NCBI RefSeq assembly: GCF_002113885.1
Contig: NW_018403833.1
Span: forward strand, 837,889-901,888
DNA length: 64,000 nucleotides
Direction of reading: 5' to 3'
DNA from: Mizuhopecten yessoensis
Taxonomy: Eukaryota
Part shown: one piece after another, positions 1 to 13,416 of the stretch
Layout: the number at the start of each line of letters is the position of its first letter
How positions within the stretch are numbered: the stretch's first letter is position 1
Position numbers and translations under genes: made by a program
Notes under the pieces: model-generated
The model's database searches: none
Seen by the model: the letters and a program-made list of their open reading frames with translations, nothing else
Told to the model about the DNA's origin: nothing

Positions 1-559
1 GTTAAGTACCTAATGGAACAAGTTGATTACCAGGTGTCATTACTTTGGAATTACTTGCCAGAAATCCATTTCAATCATAGCTCGTTGGCTGTATGGCTTT
101 CATCCTTCTGAAGAGTAATTACGATTTCGTGATGTGGCGTTGTGACGTTTTAATATTTTCCCATAGAACGTAGCGTCAGAACACCGCCGCAATTGTTTCG
201 TGATCGAGAATCAATCTTACTGTCATAGGTGTTCAATCTTTTCTCCATATGATGTTTTCTTTGTTCGTGTCTTCATCCTAAGAATTTAATGAACTTTGTG
301 TTTTTATTCACAAACTCAGTTACATAAGAGTCCTGATATAGTGTGCAGTGGAAATTTAGATTGAAATATTTGTTATATGTCTGAGGCATTAAACAGAGAT
401 CCACTTAAATGAAGTGTATTGCATTAAGAATACAATTTTATTTCAGTAGCTGGATAAAAACATACAGCATCAATTACATTCAGGGAGAGTCCATTGTTTG
501 GAACTTTAGTGTCTTAAGAGTTATTCAGGGCTGAAATTAGCTGTAAAAACGCAATACTG

Positions 560-1655
560 CAAAGCTGGCAGTTTTGTTGAGGAGAACACTGAACTAGCTG
601 CACCCTCTCCAAGCTTTTCGAGTCAGTTTGAATCAGTGACTTCGAGATGTCGGCTGCAGACATTAACTGTTGTTCAGCCTTATAGTGTAAAACAGGCCCT
701 GTTTGGTATATAATATGCATGTGTTTGTCTATTTCTGGCCGTGTAACATCAAAATTCAACTTTTCCTGTATGGATGCCTGCCTTTTCTCGGCACGTAGCA
801 CATTTAAATGAAAATAGGACGTGTCATTTTATCAGATGAGTCCACATGCCCACCAGGCGAACAGATAAGTTTGTTGCATTTCTAGAATATTTTTATCAAC
901 TTTTTATGATATGCATAAAATGCAGTTTCTTAACAGCCCAGCGTATTGAATAACTCTGCCGTTCTTGTATGCTGGCTTTTGACAGAATGTTGAGCGCGTG
1001 CAGCACTTAAAACTGTGCATGCTGGAACGCAATCTCACACTGCAACTAGAATTTCATTTGACAAACAGCTCTGCGAATGGATCTACCTTGTAAGCGGAAA
1101 GCTCGCGATGGTTGTGGTGGGCACATGCATTACACTGCAACAGCAGCCTGTATTTTTATGTACTGTCAGCACCGGGCTCTGTGCATGTACATGGTGTTCG
1201 GCAGTATTCTTGAGATTCATTCCAATGTATAGATCATATCTTTGCATGTATAGCCAGTGCTCAATGGGCCCAAGTCACATACTTGCATGTGTTCTCTTGT
1301 ACAAAGAAATATCCGGCATTTGTTTCGTGGTTTAGCTGTTTGAGAACATGCTTTCTTGAGGCTTGTTATCAAGATGGAGATACTCCTTTTCAGAAATGTA
1401 GAAAGTATCAGCAGGCTTGAGATGAGGATCTGTCCGGTTTATAACGCCTCACGATTTATAGATTTTTTTGAAACTTGAGTAGACATACAAATTGTTGAGT
1501 AATAGTAATGGGCAAGATGGAACAGCCATGTATACTGTTGTTTATTAGGTTTTATGTTTCTAAAGCATTTTGCTGATACAGATGTTTTGTCATCATCCGT
1601 TATGTGTGAACCTGTAGTTTGCATAGTTGTAAAAAACGTTGCTGAACTCAATATT
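560..1655 (-). pseudogene. Decayed DNA-transposon accessory ORF (SWIM-adjacent region plus YqaJ/lambda-exonuclease-like domain, as in ISL2EU-type elements)
   Basis: Manual minus-strand translation across stops and frameshifts gives, in the expected order: VSAKCFRNIKPNK, WLFHLAHYY, GVSPSxxQA, RQSYSIRWAVKK (cf. QSxSxxWxxxRK) and HYKAEQQLM...IQTDSKSLERV (cf. YYxQVQGQL...IERI). Recognised from memory of the family; no search was run. Confidence 0.35.
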
Positions 1656-1842
1656 TCCTATTCCATGGGAAATGTGACTAGATTATATTGTGATTATAGG
1701 TACACGGTAAAAGTAAGATATCGTCAATGCTAACCACAAATCCAATTAGCTAGATAAAGGCTAAATTGGGAAGTGAAGCAAATACCGAAAGAAAAAGGAG
1801 ACAAAAACACAACAAAACTAGCAACTAAAAAATCATAACTTT

Positions 1843-2082
1843 ATTTAGGCCCTTCATCAGAGATGTAGGTGCGCTACTGTAATCATGGTGTCCATCCGTC
1901 CACACTTTTCGTTTCTGGAGATTATCTCAGAATCAAAACACTGTAATATGTAAATGTGCAAAAGGGGTCAGAATTTTTTTCAAGGTCAAGGTCACTGTTA
2001 CCAATAAATTTAAGGATGTGTTGACGGGTGGTGATACAGTCAGACACATGGCGGGCCATTGCTGACCTTTCAGTGTTCTAGC
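1843..2082 (+). mobile_element. Degenerate HINE/Pearl-like Helentron remnant
   Basis: T-run start followed by tttaggccc, a gtccatccgtcc microsatellite-like stretch and the tcaaggtcaaggtcactg motif typical of these elements. Confidence 0.4.
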
Positions 2083-2459
2083 TGGAATCGGCTGCAAGGT
2101 CACAGTCGCCTAGAAGCTTGTATGTTAATCCTACATTCTTCTGTTGTGAAATTATTCTTTTTGAAATTTTGACAATGCAAACCAAATTTTGTTGATATTA
2201 AGTGCAAAAATCTGTTCCTTTTAAACTGTACAGCAGATTCTATGGGATAAAAAATAGAAAGTTTTTGATGTTGTGTAACAGATCTTGAAGTAGTTTCAGT
2301 TTGATAGATTTATGGAACCCGTCACAAATTTTCCATATCAACTCACCAGATGCCCTCTGAAATGAAAAATTCTTTGCCTCATTTAAAAAAATCTCACATG
2401 AAATGGGAACTCAGGCACAATCCTATATAAATTTTGTATTTGTATACAAAAAGTCAACC

Positions 2460-2860
2460 AGACACTCTAAATGTTATCTGTAGCCCTGATGGCATATTGT
2501 TCCTGTATCAGTAAGATGTTTAATGTCAAGGGTATTTAAATGCATTTAGCATCAGTTCTATAGGTGTGTGTTTCCTGGATAGGACTGTCTCAGTGTAAAA
2601 TAGGGCTTTCGTTGCATACTAAGTGGATGCATACCGTCCCCATTGAGGCTAATGTATAACAGTGCTTAGGTCAGGTTGCATGTTTGCAAATTGGTCTCCT
2701 TCCGCATCTGGGAATACCATTAAACGGTCTTGGACTGTTAATGGAGGCATGATGAATTACATAGTGCATGCTAGTGTGATCCTGGCCGATGCCTGGAACA
2801 GCTCCAATAGGATTTATCCAGCTTTAAAGTGCAGGAGAATAAAGGATATAGGGAAATAAA
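2460..2860 (-). pseudogene. Decayed DIRS/Ngaro-type (tyrosine-recombinase retrotransposon) reverse transcriptase fragment
   Basis: Minus strand reads WINPIGAVP...VIHHAS...NGIP...KHAT...LASMGTVC and, after a frameshift, SY*YRNNMPSGL. This is collinear with the DIRS RT N-terminus (PIGxVPK, LIHHLS, NDGIP, YAT, LGxGC, YYDxxLPxG). Contains stops. Confidence 0.45.
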
Positions 2861-3184
2861 GTACTTACGTAGCATGTTCCGTCTGACCTTGTACACAACC
2901 TATTGGCGGTCAAGCCCAGGGTTTGGATCCTGTATCTGAGGGACGCTATGTCTTTGAACAAGGCTTCTGGCTCAAATAATTCAGTCTGCCTATGAAGTGG
3001 GGTATAATACATGGTCTGGGTTGGGTATTACAATTATTTGTGTGCTAGCACTTTGAATAAAATACAGACTGATCATAACAGACAGAACAGGTATACAACC
3101 TCCAGCAGACTTGCACTTTACACTTTAGAGGTATGGTCCTTGTCTGGACATCCTCATCCGGCATGGAAAAGTCCTGAGGCATCC

Positions 3185-6100
3185 ATAGCCAGCACAGTAC
3201 AGCAGAGGTATCTCTACTCAGCATGGAACAGTGGGGACATCTCCACCCAGCATGGAACAGCGGGGACATCTCTACCCAGCACAGTACAGCAGAGGTATCT
3301 CTACCCAGCATGGAACAGTGGAGGTATCTCTACCCATCATGGAACAGTGGAGCTATCTCTACCCAGCACGGTACAGCAGAGGTATCGCTACCCAGCATGG
3401 AACCGTGGAGGTATCTCTAGCCAGCATGTAACAGCGGAGGTATCTCTGCCCAGCATGGAACAGGAGGGGCATCTCCACCCAGCATGGAACACCGGGGACA
3501 TCTCTACTGACATCTCTACCAGCATCGAACAGTGGAGGTATCCCTAACCAGCATGGAACAGTGGGGACATCTCTACCCAGCATGGAACAGCGGTGACATC
3601 TCTACCAGCATGGAACAGCGGGGACATCTCTATCCAGCATGGAACAGTGGAGGTATCTCTACCCAGCCTGGAACAGTGGAGGTATCTCTACCCAGCATGG
3701 AACAGTGGAGGTATCTCTACCCAGAATGGAACAGCAGGGACATCTCTACCCAGCATGGAACAGTGGGGACATCTCTACCCAGCATGGAACAGCGGGGACA
3801 TCTCTATCCAGCATGGAACAGTGGAGGTATCTCTACCCAGCATGGAACTGCGGTGACATCTCTACCCAGCATTGGACAACGGGGACATCTCTACCCAGCA
3901 TGGAACACCGGGGACATCTCTACCCAGCATGGAACAGTGGAGGTATCTCTACCCAGCATGGAACAGCGGGGACATCTCTACCCAGCATGGAACAGTGGGG
4001 ACATCTCTACCCAGCATGGAACAGTGGAGGTATCTCTACCCAGCATGGAACAGTGGAGGTATCTCTACCCAGCATGGAACAGTGGGGGTATCTCTACCCA
4101 GCATGGAACAGCGGGGACATCTCTACCCAGCATGGAACAGTGGAGACATCTCTACCCAGCATGGAACAGCGGGGACATCTCTACCCAGCATGGAACAGTG
4201 GAGGTATCTCTACCCAGCATGGAACAGCGGGGACATCTCTACCCAGCATGGAACAGTGGAGGTATCTCTACCCAGCATGGAACAGCGGGGACATCTCTAC
4301 CCAGCATGGAACAGTGGAGGTATCTCTACCCAGCATGGAACAGCGGGGACATCTCTACCCAGCATGGAACAGTGGAGGTATCTCTACCCAGCATGGAACA
4401 GCGGGGACATCTCTACCCAGCATGGAACAGTGGAGGTATCTCTACCCAGCATGGAACAGCGGGGACATCTCTACCCAGCATGGAACAGTGGAGGTATCTC
4501 TACCCAGCATGGAACAGCGGGGACATCTCTACCCAGCATGGAACAGTGGAGGTATCTCTACCCAGCATGGAACAGCGGGGACATCTCTACCCAGCATGGA
4601 ACAGTGGAGGTATCTCTACCCAGCATGGAACAGCGGGGACATCTCTACCCAGCATGGAACAGTGGAGGTATCTCTACCCAGCATGGAACAGCGGGGACAT
4701 CTCTACCCAGCATGGAACAGTGGAGGTATCTCTACCCAGCATGGAACAGCGGGGACATCTCTACCCAGCATGGAACAGTGGAGGTATCTCTACCCAGCAT
4801 GGAACAGCGGGGACATCTCTACCCAGCATGGAACAGTGGAGGTATCTCTACCCAGCATGGAACAGCGGGGACATCTCTACCCAGCATGGAACAGTGGAGG
4901 TATCTCTACCCAGCATGGAACAGCGGGGACATCTCTACCCAGCATGGAACAGTGGAGGTATCTCTACCCAGCATGGAACAGCGGGGACATCTCTACCCAG
5001 CATGGAACAGTGGAGGTATCTCTACCCAGCATGGAACAGCGGGGACATCTCTACCCAGCATGGAACAGTGGAGGTATCTCTACCCAGCATGGAACAGCGG
5101 GGACATCTCTACCCAGCATGGAACAGTGGAGGTATCTCTACCCAGCATGGAACAGCGGGGACATCTCTACCCAGCATGGAACAGTGGAGGTATCTCTACC
5201 CAGCATGGAACAGCGGGGACATCTCTACCCAGCATGGAACAGTGGAGGTATCTCTACCCAGCATGGAACAGCGGGGACATCTCTACCCAGCATGGAACAG
5301 TGGAGGTATCTCTACCCAGCATGGAACAGCGGGGACATCTCTACCCAGCATGGAACAGTGGAGGTATCTCTACCCAGCATGGAACAGCGGGGACATCTCT
5401 ACCCAGCATGGAACAGTGGAGGTATCTCTACCCAGCATGGAACAGCGGGGACATCTCTACCCAGCATGGAACAGTGGAGGTATCTCTACCCAGCATGGAA
5501 CAGCGGGGACATCTCTACCCAGCATGGAACAGTGGAGGTATCTCTACCCAGCATGGAACAGCGGGGACATCTCTACCCAGCATGGAACAGTGGAGGTATC
5601 TCTACCCAGCATGGAACAGCGGGGACATCTCTACCCAGCATGGAACAGTGGAGGTATCTCTACCCAGCATGGAACAGCGGGGACATCTCTACCCAGCATG
5701 GAACAGTGGAGGTATCTCTACCCAGCATGGAACAGCGGGGACATCTCTACCCAGCATGGAACAGTGGAGGTATCTCTACCCAGCATGGAACAGCGGGGAC
5801 ATCTCTACCCAGCATGGAACAGTGGAGGTATCTCTACCCAGCATGGAACAGCGGGGACATCTCTACCCAGCATGGAACAGTGGAGGTATCTCTACCCAGC
5901 ATGGAACAGCGGGGACATCTCTACCCAGCATGGAACAGTGGAGGTATCTCTACCCAGCATGGAACAGCGGGGACATCTCTACCCAGCATGGAACAGTGGA
6001 GGTATCTCTACCCAGCATGGAACAGCGGGGACATCTCTACCCAGCATGGAACAGTGGAGGTATCTCTACCCAGCATGGAACAGCGGGGACATCTCTACCC

Positions 6101-6590
6101 AGCATGGAACAGTGGAGGTATCTCTACCCAGCATGGAACAGCGGGGACATCTCTACCCAGCATGGAACAGTGGAGGTATCTCTACCCAGCATGGAACAGC
6201 GGGGACATCTCTACCCAGCATGGAACAGTGGAGGTATCTCTACCCAGCATGGAACAGCGGGGACATCTCTACCCAGCATGGAACAGTGGAGGTATCTCTA
6301 CCCAGCATGGAACAGCGGGGACATCTCTACCCAGCATGGAACAGTGGAGGTATCTCTACCCAGCATGGAACAGCGGGGACATCTCTACCCAGCATGGAAC
6401 AGTGGAGGTATCTCTACCCAGCATGGAACAGCGGGGACATCTCTACCCAGCATGGAACAGTAGAGGTATCTCTACCCAGCATGGAACAGCGGGGACATCT
6501 CTACCCAGCATGGAATAGCGGGGACATCTCTACACAGTAAGGAACAGCGGAAGCATCTCTGCCCAGCAAGGAACAGCAGAGACATCTCTA
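3185..6590 (+). repeat. 29-bp minisatellite with 58-bp dimeric higher-order repeat, about 117 monomers
   Basis: Units cccagcatggaacagtggaggtatctcta and cccagcatggaacagcggggacatctcta alternate perfectly from about 4150 to 6460; flanks are diverged. Confidence 0.98.
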
Positions 6591-7702
6591 AAGAAGGGAC
6601 ATACTATTTAAACTCTCTTGCTTCTTTTTTCCCCGCAATGTAAAATGGTTAAATTTGCTTACGTCTGCTATAGGAATATATGTTATTACAATGTTTTACC
6701 ATTGCGAACAGACCAGTTTTCACTACAAAATATAAATATATGATACCGTGCTGTTAACTACTGATAACTTCCACAGGACTTTTGGTTAAAAATAAAGTTA
6801 CCTAAAAGTGATATGTGAAACCCTGCAACTTATTTGCTTACTGTGGTAAATTGTTAATTGGTTGAATAGAGATTACAACCTATATGTTTCTATACCGGTG
6901 CCTGAGAGTTAGAACCATTTGTAAGTAAAAGGTTGTCAGGGAACCAAGTGTCAGTGATATAAACACTTATAGGTAATTCAAGTTAGATACAGCATATGGA
7001 ATAATTAAATAACCACATGATTTTTGGTGATATGACTAAATGTTACAGTTTGTTAAAGATTGAGGTTGTAAATATATACCAAGTGCACATGTGAGAATAA
7101 ATTAAAACTCATCAAAATCCCATTTATACACTTGCTGTACACCGATTGTAAGTTCAACTGCAAGATGTTTAGACAAATGAGTTTTAAATGAATTTCCATA
7201 TATTTCAGCTTAAAAAGCAAGTAAAGATATTGGGTTTTAGTTTCACTTTGTCCTTTTTACAGGGGAAATATACTGCATCGAAACATTAATATAATAGGGG
7301 ATAAGGAACAAGGATAAAGAAGAAAAGAAATTATATTTAAATATTGCTGATACAATTTAAATAAAGTGTTCCACTCTTCTTAAAAATGTTTGATAAAAGG
7401 GGATCGTCTCCTTGAAATAGATGAATATCAAGTTATTTTTGTAAGGAAAGTTCGGTATTTTCTTTCTGTAATGTGGCAATGTGTACAGTTATTGACTACT
7501 ATGGAGAGGTTGATGCTTTTTCTTCAATGGTAGAAAAACCATTGAAGATAATGCATAAAAGTTAAAAGTAATTAATTAAGTAATTAATTTTATGTATATA
7601 TCTATTTTCTAATATCAAGTGAATCAAAATGGACCTAAATAATTCCTCTACATTGATTGAAGCCTATTACAAAAGGATGTGTAGTGTTTATATGGATACA
7701 AA

Positions 7703-8342
7703 TTTAATTGGTCTACAAATGAGGGCAGGTTGAATTGGTCTAAAAAGGAGGGCAGGTTTAATTGATCTACATATAGTGGGTAGGTTTGATTGGTCTACAA
7801 AGGAGGGTAGGTTTGATTAGTCTACAAATGAGGCTAGGTTTGATTGGTCTTCAAAGGAGGGTAGGTTTGATTGGTCTACATAGTGGGGTAGGTTTGATTG
7901 GTCTACAAAGCAGGGCAGGTTTTATTGATCTACATAGTGTGCTAGGTTTAATTTGGTCTACAAAAGAGGGTAGATTTCATTAGTCTGCAAAGGGGAGTAT
8001 GTTTAATTGGTCTACAAAGGAGGATAGATTTCATCAAGGTCTACAAAGGAGGGTAGATTTCATTGGGCTACAAAGGGGAGTAGGTTTAATTGGTCTACAA
8101 AGAAGGATATATTTCATTGGTCTACAAAGGGTAGCAGGTTAAATTGGTCTACAAAGGAGGGTAGATTTCCTTGGTCTACAAAGTAGGGTAGGTGTAATTG
8201 GTCTACAAAGGAGGGTAGATTTCATTGATCTACAAAGGAGGGTAGATTTCATTGGTCTACAAAAGAGGGTAGATTTCATTGATCTACATTGGGAGCAGGT
8301 TAATTTGGTGCATAAAGGAGGCGAGGTTGAATTGGCCTACAA
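7703..8342 (+). repeat. Degenerate 27-bp minisatellite, about 24 copies
   Basis: Consensus ttggtctacaaaggagggtaggtttga; the overlapping ORF shows a 9-aa period. Confidence 0.92.
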
Positions 8343-10023
8343 AGAGAGCTATTAGGTAGGACTTACTGAACATGTTGGAATGTTTCCAGGATATTTAGGA
8401 CTCATCTGAGCTGTTGCCTTTCCTTGACCACAGGCAGTGATGACCACGGGGAACGGTCACTAATTGTAGTGGTCACTGTAATCCAATGGTCATCCTTTTA
8501 AAGGTGATTGTAATTTCTAATTGATTAATGTGATATTCAGCTGTTAGACCTGACATTTACTTTAATTTCCCCTGTTAATTCTGTTAATCAATACTCACAA
8601 ATGGTCGTAATTTTGCTGTGGTCTTGAGTCATGTTATTGACCAATAGGCTAACCACTGGATAAATACTGAAATTCGGGACCCAATCTTGGGGAGAAATTG
8701 AAACGAAATTTTCAGGTTTACTAAAATTGCCACATAGCGTGTGGTGTAACAAATTTGCACCTTGAGGTTAAAACAAATTTGTAGTTATGATATAAAAAAC
8801 TGGGGTTTTTATTTAAAAGTGCACTTATCCTGTCAACAATTTCAGAAAATACCCACAATCTGAATTTTGGTAAAGCTGTCCGATTTCTTCAGATTTTTGC
8901 TATATGCCAATTTTAAACTGGTTCCCTATACGTAATTAAAATAGTTTTAGATTCATATTTCTATTTTAATGTTTCTTTAAGTATCTATTAACAAAATATA
9001 TCATATCACAGCGTTTATGGAGAGGTTCAGAATTAATTACTAGCACTGTGATTATTTCTTGAATGTTGCTCAGTACAAAGTGTACTGATGGTGGCACCTT
9101 GCAGACTAATAGGTGAAAAAAGTACAGTGCTTTTAAGTGTATCTTTGTAATGTTCTGTGCATTGTAGTCCAGTGTGCAACACTGAAGGTCAAACATTGAT
9201 AAAATGTTGGTTTTGTGGTACTTATTAAATTAAGTCTTGAAAGGTAGAATAAGAAGTACACATTTTATTGCCAGTTATTGGTATTTATTTCCCAAATGGA
9301 TATTAAAAAGGTGAGAATCGGCATGTACCTACGTTTTATATTAAATTAAAGGAACATGGTTATAAGGACACGGGATTAGCGGTACATGCATGCTAGTCCG
9401 GGGGGGCTTTACCGGTATCTTCAAATCGGTTCCGTCTTAAGGTGCCCCGTGGAGGATTATGTTAATTAAGACGTGTAACTTTTGCATGACTGTTGGCAAT
9501 ATCGCTTAATTCAGCAAGATATCTCTCCAGAGTACGTTGTAAGTGAAGGAAGGTATAAAAAAAAGGGGCACTTAAGATCCATTTAAAATTATGCAACTTA
9601 GCAAAAATGTCCAGACCTGACAGAAAAAATGTTGCAGACCTGACAGAAAAAACGAGAATCGTTTTGTTAAGTATTGTTTTTACGTGATGAACTTCTCTGA
9701 AATGTTTTTAAGGATTATCGTAACACAGATTTCTTTGGATTAAATTTACATTGCTCTGAAACGAGTTTATAGACCATCAGCATGCACTTGATTCTTATTC
9801 ACAGTGATTCTTTTTATCTTTCCCCCTGAAGAATTCAAGCTTATTTCGCTTACCGGTATGCCATTTCATATTTTAACAGAAACAAAAACAATCAGAAATG
9901 GAAAAAGTGTTTATTAATACATCTATTTCATCAAAAATAATTTGTATGCCCAACCATGATAGTGAATGGGCATAATATGAAGAGCTTGCCTTTTCTATCA
10001 GTCTGTGATACATACAGTACATT

Positions 10024-10170
10024 GGGTGGCACACTAGATAGCACACTTGCCTCTCACCAAGGTGGCCGGGTTTCGATTCCCCAATCGGACGTGAAAAGGT
10101 ATGGGATCACTTTCCAATCATGTAGGTTTTCTCCAGGTACTCTGGTTTCCCTCCACATTTAAAGACCACT
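10024..10170 (+). mobile_element. tRNA-derived SINE with V-domain-like core (partial)
   Basis: A-box-like ggtggcacactagatagc, B-box ggtttcgattcc, then ggttttctccaggtactctggtttccctccac (V-SINE core). Confidence 0.75.
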
Positions 10171-11184
10171 AGAATAGTAACATTTGGTAGGAGGAACAGG
10201 TTAGAATCTTCCAACAAAGATTGGTAACGAGTACAGTAATGATATTTAACCTGTAGTATAAGCGTTCTCGCAATCAAATTTGTTTAAATTAATTTCACCT
10301 TGATCCACTCTAAAGGTCACATGGGAGATGCTTTTGCCGGCATCGTTGTTGAATAATAGGTGAGCAATACAGGCCCATTAAGCCTCATGATTTTGCTTGT
10401 ATGAAAGAGGTAGAATGAACAGGAAGCAGGAAAAAGTTGTGAGCTGTGAGGCTAATCCGGAGGGACCCCTTAAAGATGTCATGATTGTAATTGTGCTAAA
10501 GCATAATGCGTAAAGCTGTTCAACTCATTTCATTTAAATAAAAGTAGTTAATGTGATAAGCGATGGTGACAGGGTCCATTCTATTGGATCTCATCACTAA
10601 TGTCTTGGTTTTTTTCATCGGCTCCTTTACTTGAAACATCTCTCAGTAGAATAACCCTTTAGATGAAATGTCTGGTGTGAAGATAAATAGGCTCAGATGA
10701 AAATTAACTTGGTAAAAAATGTTTCTATTAGTCTCTAAACACTCTTCCAGGGTGATCCGCTGATATCTTGTGGGGCAAAATTCAGTCTAATTTCTAATGA
10801 GATTTAGACAATATTTTCTCCAATTTGATTAAAATCAGAAACAAAATTCCCAACTATCTTTTTGAAGGTGTTGATTTCCAAATTACACAGGATAAAATGC
10901 TACTGTCTTCTGGTTTAGTAGTATTTTTGGAAGCACAAAGATGATTTACATATTTGTTTGATTTTGATGACAATATCATACTAGACTTATGTGAATCTTC
11001 TGTAACAGAGACGTATTTGTATGCGGAGATGTGTAGTAGCAATGAGGTGTGCTCAACAACTTTGAAAGAAGATGGAAGATCAGCATCAAACTGTCACAAG
11101 TAAATAAAATAAAAAAATAGGACACAGAAAACTCATCGGTATGTAATGGTACCTGTGGTATCCCCTCCAGTAAGAGTGCAGGTA

Positions 11185-12345
11185 GTGGTTCACAGATCAA
11201 GGTTCACAGTTGTGGTTCAAAGGTTAAAGTAAGGGTTCATAGGTAAGGTTGATGATTCACAGGTGAGGGTTGACAGGTGTTGGTTCAAAGTTGATTATAA
11301 GGGTTCACAGGTGTGGACTCACAGGTGCAGGTTCACAAGTGATGGTTTAAAGGTGAATGTAAGGGTTCACATGTGGTGGATCAGAGGTGATTGTAAGGGT
11401 ACACAGGCGAGGTATATATTTGATTCACAGATGAAGGTTCACAGATGGTGGCTTAAAGGTGAAGGTGAGCATTCACAGATGAGGTTGATAATTCACATGT
11501 GAGGGTTCACAGGTGATGGCTCACAGGTAAAGGTTCCAAGGTGATGGTGATGTAAGGGTATTAAAGGTTCACAAATAAAGTTTCCAGATGCGAGGAGATT
11601 CCCTGGTAAGGACAAGGATCACAAGTAATAGTTTGCAGGTAAAGGTTTACAGGTGAAGGTTCACAGGTGAAGGTTCACAGGTGAAGGCTCACAGGTGAAG
11701 GCTCACAAGTAAAGGTTCACAGGTGAAGGCTTACAGGTGAAGGCGTACAGGTAAAGGTTCACAGTTGAAGGCTCACAGGTGAAGGCTCACAGGTAAAGGT
11801 TCACAGGTAAAGGTTCACAGGTGAAGGTTCACAGGTAAAGGTTCACAGGTAAAGGCTCACAGGTAAAGGTTCACTGGTAAAGGTTCACAGGTAAAGGTTC
11901 ACAGGTGAAGGCTCACAGGTAAAGGTTCAAAGGCAACAGAAAGAGAATGAGTTCACAGGTGAGGACACTGTCTACAGGCAACAGAAGGTTAGAACAAGGT
12001 TCACAGCTGATAGTTCACAGATGGATGAGAATGAGTTCACAGGTGAGGATGATGGTTCACAGGTTAAGACAATGTTCACGGGCAACAGAAGGTTAGGATA
12101 AGGTTAACAGCCTGTAGTTCACAGATGGGGTTCACAGGCGAAGGTTCACAAGCAACAGAAAGAGTTCACGGGTAAACGTAAAGTTCACAGGTTAGGACAA
12201 TGTTCACAGGCAACAAAAGGTTAGGACAAGGTGAAAAGGTGGGAGTTCACAGGTGGGGGTTCACAGGCAACAGAAATGGTTCACAGGTGGGGGTTCACAG
12301 GCAACAGAAATGGTTCACAGGTGCAGGAGAGGTTCCCAGGTTAGT
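11185..12345 (+). repeat. 14-bp minisatellite (tcacaggtraaggy) with long degenerate flanks
   Basis: Regular core at about 11635-11930 (about 21 copies); the ggttcacagg motif is scattered through both flanks. Confidence 0.92.
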
Positions 12346-12409
12346 ATGCTAAAAAGGTTGATAGGTTTAGATGTAGGCTGATGCTCTATGTAAGTTCTGT
12401 AAGTTTTTT

Positions 12410-13416
12410 CAAATCGCCTATGCGTATACGTATAGCATGTTTTTTTTCCGGCTCACTTTCATGTTGATCTTGCGTCTAACATTACATAAACACGTGATTG
12501 ATAATAACCTTGTGAATTATTTCAATATTTATTAAATGAAGCATCGTAAAAATAGTCTGCGTTAACTATTTTTTTCCTTGGAGTAGATTTGAAGAGGATG
12601 TATTGATTGTCCACGCTTCTAGTATAAACATATTTTTTATAATCCCTTATCAGTCAAATCAGTCTGTAGTTATGACAATGCAGTAGGGCTTCGTAATTCA
12701 CGCCACGTGTTGGCGAGTGAAAAAAACAACAACACGGTCCGTCGATCGCGACTGCAAATCATTTCAATTAGTAGAGCTATTGTTAACGGGTAATCACAGA
12801 GATAGTGTTAGCTCATTACTGCATTGTAATTTTTAAAAAAATATCGCCAAACCACGGACTTAGATAATCTAATTCCGTGGCCAAACTGAACTGTGACATG
12901 ACCTGGTTTGAAGTGACGTAACCCAAGCCGCCATGATGAGCCCTTCTCACTGATCGTAATTATGATCAATAAAAGGTATCTAATTATGTCTTTCACCAGG
13001 AGATATGCACCAGCGGTTACTAAACATCGAATTACTTATTAATTGATATGTTTTTGTAAGCAAGTAAATGTTTTATGTAAAATATTGCTAAAATGAATTG
13101 ATGTATGCCGATATGCGCACACGTGTGCGTCATGTGTGATCAGATAATTCAAAGAAAACGAACAACAAAATACACATTTTTTACGTAGTTTCTTCTTGGT
13201 TTTAAATATCATTTTACATCAATGAAAAAAAAATCATAGAAATATATTTTTAAAAAAAATATATTCAGAGATCGATTTTCGGAGCATGAACATCGTTTTT
13301 TTTCCAGATTTTTTGGGTGCGCAAAATATTCGAGTAGAACCTTTTTTCCCGATTTTCAGCCTCAAAAAGTACCTGCGCAAATTACACAGGTGCGCAAATT
13401 ACATGGGTTTTTACGG
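12410..13416. mobile_element. Truncated Tc2-like (Tc1/mariner superfamily) non-autonomous element; one terminus visible
   Basis: The reverse complement of 13365-13416 reads ccgtaaaaacccatgtaatttgcgcacctgtgtaatttgcgcagg, a CCGTA-type terminus with a duplicated subterminal motif. The left boundary is guessed from CpG enrichment. Confidence 0.4.

Noticed and set aside
3532-6540. ORFs of 863-1002 aa as protein-coding genes
   Set aside because: They are three frames of one stop-free 29/58-bp repeat with no synonymous variation and no unique domain.
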